50,335 nt of DNA from a virus (lineage: Duplodnaviria > Caudoviricetes), in the IMG/VR virus record IMGVR_UViG_3300042470_000725, positions 1-50,335 of that record; one strand, 5' to 3'. A model generated the notes under the pieces. It searched no databases and was not told the origin of the DNA. It worked only from the letters and a program-made list of their open reading frames with translations. Shown here in pieces: positions 36,800-45,193 of the stretch (the stretch's first letter is position 1; each line of letters starts with the position of its first letter). The translations under genes and the position numbers were made by a program.

Positions 36800-38020
36800 A
36801 TGACCACAAGTGTTCCGTCCCCGACCTTCGGCCCCCGGGGCTTCGTCGCGCCTAGCGAGCCGGATATTCTGGCGGGCGTGCAGGCGGACCTAAACGCCGC
36901 CTTCGGGGGCAATCTAAACCCGTCCCTGTCCACGCCCCAAGGGCAGCTCGCGACCGGCTTCACGACGGCCATAGGCGAGAAGAACGCTCTTGTTCTGCAG
37001 GTGCTTAACGGCGTGGATCCGGCGCTAGCCACGGGCCGCCTGCAAGACGCGATCGGCCGAATCTATTTCCTCGAGCGCCTGCCTGCTATCGCGACGTCCG
37101 TCGTGGCGACATGCACCGGGAGCCCGGGCGTCGTCATTCCGGCCGGTTCGCTCGTAGCGTCAACCGCCGGCGACCTGTACGCCAGCACGTCGCGTGCCAA
37201 GATCCGGAGCGGCGGAACGGTCGACGTCGTGTTTCAATGCCAGACCACAGGCCCTATTGCCTGCCCGGCCGCCACGCTCACGAGTATCTATCGCGCCGTC
37301 CCGGGATGGGACAGCGTGACCAACGCAGACCCGGGAACGGTCGGCCGGGACGTTGAGAGCGCGACCGAATTCGAGGCGCGGCGGCGGGCGTCCGTGGCCC
37401 TCAACGCCGTCGGGTCGCTTCCGTCCGTGCGGGCCGCCGTCCTGTCCGTCCCGGGCGTGCTTGACGCCTATGTCACCGACAACAGCACCGCCGCGCCTGT
37501 CGCAACAGGCGGCGTGACCCTGCCCGCCTATGCCTTGTACGTCGCGGCGGCGGGGGGCGACGGGCAGGCCATCGCTGAAGCGGTATGGGGCAAAAAGTGG
37601 CCCGGCCAACCCATGTATACCGCCACCGCGACCCTGTACGCTGTGGAAGACCAAGATCCGTCCTACACGCCGCCGTACCCGTCCTACGACGTGTACGTTG
37701 TGACTCCGACGGACCTTCCGATTTTTATCGCCGTGTCGATCACCGATTCGCTCGCCGTCCCTTCCGACGCCGAAGCGCAAGTGCAGGCGGCGATCGCAAA
37801 CGCCTTTGTCGGGGGTGACGGCGGGACACGGGCCGGGATTGGCCGGACCCTGTATGCGTCCCGTTTCCTCGCGTCCGTGGTCACGCTTGGGGCATGGGCC
37901 GCCAACGTCATATCCATCAGTATCGGCACGACCGCGAGCCCGACGGGGGACACCGTAACCGTCGACATTGACCAACTGCCCTCACTCGACACCGCCGACG
38001 TGACGTTGACGCTCGTCTAA
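36800..38020 (+). CDS. Baseplate J-like protein
   Basis: TPQGQL, QDAIGRIYFLER, GRDVES..FEARR. Confidence 0.88.
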   Translation: MTTSVPSPTFGPRGFVAPSEPDILAGVQADLNAAFGGNLNPSLSTPQGQLATGFTTAIGEKNALVLQVLNGVDPALATGRLQDAIGRIYFLERLPAIATSVVATCTGSPGVVIPAGSLVASTAGDLYASTSRAKIRSGGTVDVVFQCQTTGPIACPAATLTSIYRAVPGWDSVTNADPGTVGRDVESATEFEARRRASVALNAVGSLPSVRAAVLSVPGVLDAYVTDNSTAAPVATGGVTLPAYALYVAAAGGDGQAIAEAVWGKKWPGQPMYTATATLYAVEDQDPSYTPPYPSYDVYVVTPTDLPIFIAVSITDSLAVPSDAEAQVQAAIANAFVGGDGGTRAGIGRTLYASRFLASVVTLGAWAANVISISIGTTASPTGDTVTVDIDQLPSLDTADVTLTLV

Positions 38021-38592
38021 TGCCCTACGCCCCCCTCAACCCCCTTGTCAGTCAGTACGCCGCCAGCCCGACGATTATCCGGCTGCTAGAAGACTTCTCG
38101 ACTTGGATCGTTCCGGACGCCGATATCGACGCTTGGTATGATCTGGTTTGGAATGTCGCCACGGCGCAAGGCTATGGGCTAGACGTTTGGGGGCGCATCG
38201 TCGACGTCGGGCGCGTGGTGCTTGTGGCGAGCGGCGAGATAACGCTAGGCTTTGAGGAGTCCAACCCGTCCAGCGCCGTCCCGTTCGGCGAAGGCGTCTT
38301 TTTCAATGGCGGCTCGTCAACGTCCAACTACGCCCTGCCCGACGCGGACTATCGAACGCTCATTTACGCCAAGGCGTTGAGCAACATTTGCGACGGGTCG
38401 ATACCGTCCGCAAACCGAATCCTTCGCTTGCTCTTCCCGGGCCGGGGAAACTGCTATGTGACAGACGGCCTCGATATGACCATGACGTACACGTTCGAAT
38501 TTCCGCTTACGGCCGTTGAGCTGGCAATCCTTGCGCAATCCAACGTGCTCGCCACGCCTTCCGGCATCGTCGCCACAATCAACGTCATCTAG
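38020..38592 (+). CDS. Baseplate protein (DUF2612-type)
   Basis: SQYAASP, TAQGYGLDVWGRIV, KALSNI. Confidence 0.85.
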   Translation: MPYAPLNPLVSQYAASPTIIRLLEDFSTWIVPDADIDAWYDLVWNVATAQGYGLDVWGRIVDVGRVVLVASGEITLGFEESNPSSAVPFGEGVFFNGGSSTSNYALPDADYRTLIYAKALSNICDGSIPSANRILRLLFPGRGNCYVTDGLDMTMTYTFEFPLTAVELAILAQSNVLATPSGIVATINVI

Positions 38593-38601
38593 GGGCCCGC
38601 A

Positions 38602-39633
38602 ATGGACGCCGCCGACATTCCGACCAAGTTTCCGATTCCCTTCGCCTCGAGCGCGGGTGGCGGCTATATCCGGACCATTCCGGAAGCCCCCGGCGCGTCT
38701 GGCGTCGCGAATCTTACCGAAGGCTTCCCGCCGGAGTGCTTCACGCCCCTGTCCGGCGGCGGCGTGCCCCCGGCCGGACAGGATTTTAACGGGATCCTGA
38801 ATCAAATCACCGCTTGGAACCAATGGCAGGCGGCCGGCGGAACGTCCCTGTACGACGGCACATTCTCGACCGATATCGGCGGCTATCCCGCCGGCTGCAT
38901 TCTGCGCAGCACCACGGCCGGCCTCTATTGGGTGAATCTGGTCGACGCCAATACGACCAACCCGGACAGCGGCGGGGCGGGCTGGCAAGCGCTGGTCGCC
39001 CCGGACAGCGTCGCGAATACGCAGCTCGCGCAAATGCCGACGCTCACGGCCAAGGCCAATATCGGCACGGCGTCCGTGGTCACGGCTTCGATCGCCTCGC
39101 AGACGATGACCGTGACCGCCGTCGCGTCCGGCCGGCTGGCAATCGGCCAAACCCTGTCCGGGACGGGCGTCACCGCCGGCACACGCATTACGGCCTTCCT
39201 CACCGGCACGGGCGGTACAGGCACGTACAGCGTGAGCGTCGCGCAAACCGTCGCCAGTGGCACTATCAACGCCACGGGGACCGCTTCTGCGTCTGACGTG
39301 CCCCTTGCGGACCTTCTCACGGCGGCCGGCGTCGTCGCACCCTTCGCGTCCTGCATGGTCGCCGGACAGGGCAGCAACGGCGCGTGTACGATCTACGGCG
39401 CAAACAATATCGCCAGCGTGACCCGGACCGCCAGCGGAACCTATTACGTCGCGTTCACGTCCGCCCCCGCCGACGCCAACTATGCGCCACAACTCACCGT
39501 GCGCGGGCAGAACGTGGTCGCGACTTGGGAAAACCCGACGACGGTCGGCTTCGACGTGAACCAACAGAACGGCAACGCCAACATTGGCAGCGCGCCACAG
39601 AACAACAATTTCAGCGTCCTAGTCTTCCGCTAA
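38602..39633 (+). CDS. Tail fibre protein
   Basis: [32 protein letters not shown]-terminal domain; one shared beta module; C-terminal [13 protein letters not shown] domain. Confidence 0.85.
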   Translation: MDAADIPTKFPIPFASSAGGGYIRTIPEAPGASGVANLTEGFPPECFTPLSGGGVPPAGQDFNGILNQITAWNQWQAAGGTSLYDGTFSTDIGGYPAGCILRSTTAGLYWVNLVDANTTNPDSGGAGWQALVAPDSVANTQLAQMPTLTAKANIGTASVVTASIASQTMTVTAVASGRLAIGQTLSGTGVTAGTRITAFLTGTGGTGTYSVSVAQTVASGTINATGTASASDVPLADLLTAAGVVAPFASCMVAGQGSNGACTIYGANNIASVTRTASGTYYVAFTSAPADANYAPQLTVRGQNVVATWENPTTVGFDVNQQNGNANIGSAPQNNNFSVLVFR

Positions 39634-39658
39634 GGGGCCGCCAGCGCCCGGCGTCGCG

Positions 39659-39712
39659 TTAGGCGTACAAATTACCATTGACGGCCCCCGGCCCCTGACG
39701 TACTGTACGTCA
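39659..39712 (+). promoter_or_regulatory. Promoter with degenerate operator A and a 17-bp palindrome
   Basis: TTAGGCGTACAAATTA 39659-39674; TTGACG(39678)-17nt-TACTGT; TGACGTACTGTACGTCA 39696-39712. Confidence 0.7.
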
Positions 39713-39735
39713 TCGGCCAAGGGAGGGCCGCCCCA

Positions 39736-39963
39736 ATGTCTAACCCCGTTATCGTCAAGCCCCGCGCGTATTGGGCCGACCGACCTATGGCCGCCGCCGG
39801 CTTCGTTTCGTACCGCTACAAGGGGCCGTTCGGCTTCGTCATGATCGGCGCGACCGACGACGCCGACGCCCTGTACCAAGCGTCGCGGTCCCTATCGTCC
39901 GGCTTGCCGGACCGGGCAAACCTGCAGGTTTGGAAAGGGGACCGCTATGAGAACCTGTCCTGA
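39736..39963 (+). CDS. Hypothetical protein
   Basis: RBS agggagg. Confidence 0.75.
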   Translation: MSNPVIVKPRAYWADRPMAAAGFVSYRYKGPFGFVMIGATDDADALYQASRSLSSGLPDRANLQVWKGDRYENLS

Positions 39964-40249
39964 ATGCGGGGCGTCCTTCCAACCCACCAACGGGCGCCAA
40001 GTCTTCTGCACCGTGCCCCATAAGCAGGCATTCTGGCGGCTCATGGCGGCCCGGGGGCAGCTCATGTTGCCCCTGTCCCTCTCGTGGCAGGCCGGGAACC
40101 GGAAGGGCGAAGATCACGCCGCTTGGGCCCGCTCGCAACAGGACGGGCTTTTGCGGCGATGGGTCCGGGAAGACCGGGAAGCCGGCCGGGATCCGTCCCT
40201 TGTGAGCCGCGCAAAAGAATCTTTGCGCTGGTCTCACGTTGACGCTTGA
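39947..40249 (+). CDS. Hypothetical protein with N-terminal zinc finger
   Basis: CPECG..F...QVFCTVPH. Confidence 0.75.
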   Translation: MRTCPECGASFQPTNGRQVFCTVPHKQAFWRLMAARGQLMLPLSLSWQAGNRKGEDHAAWARSQQDGLLRRWVREDREAGRDPSLVSRAKESLRWSHVDA

Positions 40250-40260
40250 CGGGGCTTGGG

Positions 40261-40304
40261 GTTAAGCGTACAAATAATTGTCAGCAAGGGAGACAGCGAC
40301 ATGA
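40261..40304 (+). repeat. 44-bp direct repeat copy 1 (operator A, -10, RBS and ATG)
   Basis: gttaagcgtacaaataattgtcagcaagggagacagcgacatga, identical at 40669-40712; -35 TTGACG at 40246. Confidence 0.95.
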
Positions 40305-40657
40305 GCATCAAGGCAATCTTTTCGAACGGCCAAGTCGACGTTTACAAGGGCAAGCGCCCCGTCCGGGCCGCGTGGCAAGTGATCGCCCCGAACGGCCGCG
40401 TTGAGTCCGGGCACTCGTTGGACCGGGCCAAGGCGCGGAAGACCGCCGAAGGATACGCGGCGGAAATGTCCGGATGCTTTAGCATTTGGGGCCGGTCTGG
40501 CGGGCGCTTCCCGGCGGACTACGTCATCGCCCGGGAGCGGGTCGCCCGCGAAAAGGGCTTCGGGAGCTACAAGCAATATTATGCGGACGTTTCCGCCAAG
40601 CGGGCCGCCTTCGCCGCCTCCTGCAAAATCGAGATCGTGGACTTGAAGGGGGCTTGA
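40301..40657 (+). CDS. Hypothetical protein
   Basis: ATG 40301 after the RBS in the repeat. Confidence 0.8.
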   Translation: MSIKAIFSNGQVDVYKGKRPVRAAWQVIAPNGRVESGHSLDRAKARKTAEGYAAEMSGCFSIWGRSGGRFPADYVIARERVAREKGFGSYKQYYADVSAKRAAFAASCKIEIVDLKGA

Positions 40658-40668
40658 CGCCCCCGGGA

Positions 40669-40712
40669 GTTAAGCGTACAAATAATTGTCAGCAAGGGAG
40701 ACAGCGACATGA
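40669..40712 (+). repeat. 44-bp direct repeat copy 2
   Basis: Identical to 40261-40304; -35 TTGACG at 40654. Confidence 0.95.
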
Positions 40713-40921
40713 TTATCAAGAGCCCCGAACAACTCGCCGATGATCTCAAGTATGCGGTCGGCCCCGCCGTGAAGATCGACCGCTTCTATGACCGGGGCGC
40801 GCGGGTCTGGGCCGCGTACCCGGTCGACGCCAAGGGGAACCAAGTCGGGGACTGCAGGCACGAGCACCGCAAGGAATGGCTGTCCGTCAAGCTGGCGGAT
40901 TATTCGGTTTGGGAGGACTAG
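40709..40921 (+). CDS. Hypothetical protein
   Basis: ATG within the repeat. Confidence 0.8.
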   Translation: MIIKSPEQLADDLKYAVGPAVKIDRFYDRGARVWAAYPVDAKGNQVGDCRHEHRKEWLSVKLADYSVWED

Positions 40922-40924
40922 ACC

Positions 40925-41185
40925 ATGCAAGCCGTCGAAAGCATCAACGCAGAGCTGGCGAAGCTAAACGGATCGCAACGGGCCGCCCTTCGCAAGTCTT
41001 GGGCCGGTGTTATCGGAGATCTCAAGATCCGCGCGTTCGATAACGGCGCGGCCGTTCAAGTCGGCTTTCGCCCGGTAAACGGCCGCCGGCTTTGGGCGTA
41101 CGCATGGGTCGGCCCTCGCGGGAGGCTGCTAGACGTTCAATCGCACGTCACGGGGGAAGACGGCCGGTCGACGTTGTTCGACTAG
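40925..41185 (+). CDS. Hypothetical protein
   Basis: RBS ggagg. Confidence 0.75.
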   Translation: MQAVESINAELAKLNGSQRAALRKSWAGVIGDLKIRAFDNGAAVQVGFRPVNGRRLWAYAWVGPRGRLLDVQSHVTGEDGRSTLFD

Positions 41186-43425
41186 CCCTTCCGATACCGC
41201 CGGCCCCGCCAGCCCCCGGCCGCCACAATAGGCCAATCGTGCGCCCATGGCGGCCGGCGCATCATGAGCGCTTCAAACTCTTCTAGCGACCCGGTCCCTT
41301 GCGGGATCTCGCAGACGATTTCGTCATAGACGTGAAGGATCGTCGGATAGCCGGCGGCGCGTAGCTGCAGGACCGCGTAGCGCATTATGTCGTGCGCCAC
41401 GGCCTGCACGATATTTTCCGTGAGCCGCCCGCCAAACGTCGCCATGGGCCCCCATCCGGGCGGGCCGTACTTGGGGTTGCTGTTCCAAGTCCAATACACG
41501 ATTGAGAGCTGCGAAGGGTCACGGTCCGACGTCGTCAAGGTCGCGTTGTGATAGGTGAGCTCGCGCCCGGACAAGAGCCGGATTATCAGGGCGTCGTCGC
41601 GCTTGTAAAACGTGAGCCCCCGATAACTAAACGCCTGTCCGGGGTGCTGCAGGGCTAGAATGGCGTGGCCCTCAACGCCGTACAGCTCCGGCCGGCGGTC
41701 GCGGTCCCAAGGCCGCCCCCTATGCTGTCCGCCCCAAAATTCGACGATCGCGGGCGAAGCGTCACGCCATGCGATAATGTGGCCTTTGATCTCCTGTTCG
41801 GTAAACGTCCCGGAATCGTCGAACGCCAGCCAAGCGTTAATCCATCCCCCGAAGCCTAGCCCTAGCTCCGCGACCTTGCCGATCTTTTGGCGGTCCGGGT
41901 GGTGATCGCCGTTAAGCGCCGCGTACTCGAGATATTCCGCAAGCGTCTTGCCGGTTATCTTGGACGCGGACAGGAGATAGATCGGGTCGCCCTTGTTAAA
42001 GGCGTCGATCCGCCATTGTTCCCCGGCGAGCATGGCGATCACGACGGCTTCAATCGCGCTATAGTCCGACGCGATTAGATCGTGCCCCGGAGCGGCAACA
42101 AAGAGCCCCCGGATGCAACCCGATATGCAAAGCGCCGCGTCGCCGTAATACCATTCGACGAGATCCAGCGCGCCCGTTTCCATAACCTCTAGGACTTGGT
42201 CGACCATATCGACCTTCCATCCCGGTTTGCCCGGTTTGCGCTCTGGCGACGCGCACCACGGGCAGGCGTCAAACGTCGGCCGGTACGCCTTGTCACACGC
42301 CGCGCACGTGGCGAGCTTGGGGCCGGCCTTAGGCAGATTGAGAGGCTGGGGCCCTTCCCCCGTCGGCCGCCCTGTACGGGCCCCGTGGTGCGCAAGAAGG
42401 TTCCTAAGCCTGTCGTCGCGACTAAGCTGGTTCGCCATCGCCAATGTCTTCTTGACGCTGGCGGATCCGGTGAGCTGGCGGATCTCGAGCGCGCGCCGTG
42501 GCGGCCAATGCCGGCCGGGAGGATGGGGCGGCAAGCGCTTCAGGGCGTCGGTCACGGCCTCTTCGTCCATGCCCTGCATGTGGATACCGTGAGCCGCCAG
42601 CCAACCCTTTGTTGCCTCTAGCTGCGTCGGATTGAGCCCGCCTGTAATGCTCCGGAATTCATCCCCATAGCGCTCTAGGATCTGGTCGAGGATTCCAAGG
42701 CAGGCCATAAGCCCGGCCCGATCGACGCCCATTCCCCGCCAATTGATCTCCTGATCAATCCACCAAAAATTTAGCTCGTCGGGCGTCATGGGCAGCATAT
42801 GCGTGACCGCCTCGCCCTCTGCGTCTAGGTCCGTGTCGCAATAGCGGCAAAGCGCTTCAAAATCCGCCGCGTCGGCCGGATCCGCGCCGGGCGTCCAAGC
42901 GGGCAGGATCCGGCGACGCGGGTCCTTCTTGGTCGGATTCCGGGGCACGCTGAATTTGTCCAGAAGGCGCGTCCCCTCCTTGTCCTTCGGCGTCTTGAGC
43001 TGCAGGACGTCGGACAGCTTGGCAAGGGCGGCCGGGTATTGATTGACCCGGGCCGTCGCCATGCTGCAGCGCTGCAGATACGGGTTAAGGGGCGGCCAAC
43101 CGTACTTCCCTTGCAGCACGTGCACCCATATCAGCCGCTCAAACATGGCGTTGTGCGACTCGAGCGGGCCGCCCGCGTCCAAATAGGCGAAGAGATCGTA
43201 AGGCAAGGGAAGCCCGGGCCGCCAACGCCGCTTGGCCTGCCCGGGCAGCTCATACGAGAGCGTCAAGAGATCCGTCGACGGGTGCTCTGCGTACGCCGCC
43301 GCGCCGACCACGGGCAGGCCCTTTTTGACGCCGGAGCCGGGAACCTTGTCCCATTTCTGCGTCTTGTCATTCCAGACTAGACCCGCCTCGCTATAGGTTT
43401 CGACGTCCAGCTTCGCGGCGGTCAT
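41182..43425 (-). CDS. Family A DNA polymerase (3'-5' exonuclease + polymerase)
   Basis: Exo DVETYS, HNAMFE, YCDTD; pol RTGR, motif A DYSAIE, motif B RQKIGKVAELGLGFGG, motif C HVYDE. Confidence 0.95.
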   Translation of the reverse strand: MTAAKLDVETYSEAGLVWNDKTQKWDKVPGSGVKKGLPVVGAAAYAEHPSTDLLTLSYELPGQAKRRWRPGLPLPYDLFAYLDAGGPLESHNAMFERLIWVHVLQGKYGWPPLNPYLQRCSMATARVNQYPAALAKLSDVLQLKTPKDKEGTRLLDKFSVPRNPTKKDPRRRILPAWTPGADPADAADFEALCRYCDTDLDAEGEAVTHMLPMTPDELNFWWIDQEINWRGMGVDRAGLMACLGILDQILERYGDEFRSITGGLNPTQLEATKGWLAAHGIHMQGMDEEAVTDALKRLPPHPPGRHWPPRRALEIRQLTGSASVKKTLAMANQLSRDDRLRNLLAHHGARTGRPTGEGPQPLNLPKAGPKLATCAACDKAYRPTFDACPWCASPERKPGKPGWKVDMVDQVLEVMETGALDLVEWYYGDAALCISGCIRGLFVAAPGHDLIASDYSAIEAVVIAMLAGEQWRIDAFNKGDPIYLLSASKITGKTLAEYLEYAALNGDHHPDRQKIGKVAELGLGFGGWINAWLAFDDSGTFTEQEIKGHIIAWRDASPAIVEFWGGQHRGRPWDRDRRPELYGVEGHAILALQHPGQAFSYRGLTFYKRDDALIIRLLSGRELTYHNATLTTSDRDPSQLSIVYWTWNSNPKYGPPGWGPMATFGGRLTENIVQAVAHDIMRYAVLQLRAAGYPTILHVYDEIVCEIPQGTGSLEEFEALMMRRPPWAHDWPIVAAGGWRGRRYRKG

Positions 43426-43607
43426 TTGTCCCCGGCCCTGCAGCTCTCCCCGCTATCCGCGCCGCAAAAAAGGCAGCACGCTAGGCCGGGATGCACTTCG
43501 TTTGTCTCGCATCTTTTCGGGAGCCCTAGAACGGCCGCCCAAAGAGCTTGACCCGCTACGTGCCTAGCTACGGAAGCCGGGTCCGTGTCTCGCTCAAAAC
43601 GGGTCAT
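43422..43607 (-). CDS. Small Cys-rich hypothetical protein
   Basis: ATGA coupling on both sides. Confidence 0.65.
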   Translation of the reverse strand: MTRFERDTDPASVARHVAGQALWAAVLGLPKRCETNEVHPGLACCLFCGADSGESCRAGDK

Positions 43608-44044
43608 TGCGCAGGCGTGACTGTTAGCCGGTCTAGGCGTTCTATTTCCGCCACGATCAACGCGCCCGCCTTTACGAGCTGCAGGCGGCGCGGCTCTCGC
43701 TTCTCAACCTTTGACCGATAGGCCCAAGACCATGAAGGAGGGTGCGTTCCCGTCAAAGCGAAGTCGGCGGCGGCGTTAGCAATTTCGCCGTTTCGGTGGC
43801 CGTCATCGTGTTCGGCGGTCCGGCCTTTAACGTCTATTTGCCGGCGTCGTTCTGCGGCGATATCCGGCAAAACCCCGGGCGCTTCCGCCTCGAGAAGCTG
43901 GATAGCGTAGTCCAGATACGTCCGGAATTCTTCCGCCTGTCGCCGGATCTTACAACCCGGCGCGCCGATGCGCGTCGCCGTAAAATGCTCTTGGGCGCGG
44001 ATAGCTCGCAGCCCGTTGACAACGTGTCTTCGTTCCATGGTCAC
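43604..44044 (-). CDS. Conserved phage hypothetical protein
   Basis: AERRRQI...EHDDGH..GEIA...LVKAGALIVAEIERLDR; RBS aggagg. Confidence 0.8.
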   Translation of the reverse strand: MTMERRHVVNGLRAIRAQEHFTATRIGAPGCKIRRQAEEFRTYLDYAIQLLEAEAPGVLPDIAAERRRQIDVKGRTAEHDDGHRNGEIANAAADFALTGTHPPSWSWAYRSKVEKREPRRLQLVKAGALIVAEIERLDRLTVTPAQ

Positions 44045-44049
44045 GCCTC

Positions 44050-44160
44050 CTAGAATGGGATTTCATCATGGCACGCTTTGCACTCCCAAAGACCCCGGCC
44101 GACGTAGCGGACAGCCGGGGCCTTACAGAAGTCACAGAGCGGGCCGCTTAGGCCGGGGGG
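44050..44160 (-). other. Start-less -1 frame extension of SSB (zinc ribbon + DEIPF)
   Basis: Encodes PPGLSGPLCDFCKAPAVRYVGRGLWECKACHDEIPF*; reached from C_CCC_CCG at the end of the SSB gene. Confidence 0.55.
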
Positions 44161-45176
44161 CCTTGCATCATCCCGTGAGCGACAAGGGTCGCGTCGGTCC
44201 AGCCCGCCGCAAGCATGGCCTCATAAGACGCACCGCCAGCGGCCGGGAGCATGACGCGGACGGGAGCCGCCGGGGGCGTCGGCGCGGGCGCTGGCGGGGC
44301 CGGAGCGGGCCCGGCGCGGTACCCGTCGTATGCCGGGGCGGCGGGCGCTGCAGGGGGCACCGGCGCGGCCATGGGCGGGACGGGGGCCGGAGCCGGGGCG
44401 GGCGCTGCGGCCGGGGGCGGGGCCATCATGCCCGCCGCGATCAAGGCGGCGTCGGTCCAGCCGGCCGCGATCATGGCTTCGTACGTCACGCCGCCAGCCG
44501 CCGGGAGCATGACCGGGCCGACGCCGGGCATGGCTCCCGTCGCAACGGGCGTGACCGACGCGCCCGGGGGCAACGCCACGGGTCCGCCCGCCGTCCCAAA
44601 AGCATCTTCAGCCGACGGGCCGACGATGATCTCCGGGCCGATACCGTCGATTGCGAATTGACTCCAATTCATATGCAATCCGGGCTTTTGAGCGTTGTCG
44701 TTGCTCTTGATCGTCCCGGCGACACGGCCGTAATACCCGCGCTTGATCTCTTCGGGCCGCGCTTCCCGCCACGCGCCGCCTTCGCTCTTGACGACCTTGG
44801 GCTGGAATCCGTTGGTAAAGCGGACAACCCAATGACCGGCAAACCCGGGCAGGCGATTGAACGGCCGGCCGCGATCGTCGAAGCCGTCGCCGTCAACGAC
44901 CTTGTCGCTGAAAGTCGGAAGAACGCAGGGGCCGCCCGGGGTCGGATACAGGTGCGGCCACGAGAGCCGGGCTTCCGCGTCGATCAACGCTTTGAATGCC
45001 GGCCAAGCCGGGTCGGACTTGGCGAAGGCGAGCGCGACAAACCATTCCGTGCGCGCCTGTCCGGCGTTGGGGCCCGTCTTGATCGTCAGGGGCGCGCCCT
45101 GCATGTCCGTCGTATTCGGCTTAAAGGCGTCGCCCTGCACGAGCCGCCCGACGGGGCTGGTAAAATTGGTAGGCAT
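44148..45176 (-). CDS. Phage single-stranded DNA-binding protein (DUF2815 / T7 gp2.5-like OB fold)
   Basis: SPVGRLV, KVVDGDG, PGFAGHW, IKRGYYGRV; position between Cas4-like nuclease and polymerase; Pro/Ala tail with two repeats. Confidence 0.7.
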   Translation of the reverse strand: MPTNFTSPVGRLVQGDAFKPNTTDMQGAPLTIKTGPNAGQARTEWFVALAFAKSDPAWPAFKALIDAEARLSWPHLYPTPGGPCVLPTFSDKVVDGDGFDDRGRPFNRLPGFAGHWVVRFTNGFQPKVVKSEGGAWREARPEEIKRGYYGRVAGTIKSNDNAQKPGLHMNWSQFAIDGIGPEIIVGPSAEDAFGTAGGPVALPPGASVTPVATGAMPGVGPVMLPAAGGVTYEAMIAAGWTDAALIAAGMMAPPPAAAPAPAPAPVPPMAAPVPPAAPAAPAYDGYRAGPAPAPPAPAPTPPAAPVRVMLPAAGGASYEAMLAAGWTDATLVAHGMMQGPPA

Positions 45177-45193
45177 AGTTTGGTCTCTCCTGT

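Noticed and set aside
40261-40712. CRISPR array or att sites
   Set aside because: Only two copies, 408 bp apart, made of promoter and RBS; no cas operon or integrase. The Cas4-like gene is an ordinary phage nuclease.
44087-44122. Rho-independent terminator after SSB
   Set aside because: Weak U-tract, long loop, and it lies inside the -1 frame ORF; possible but not supported enough.
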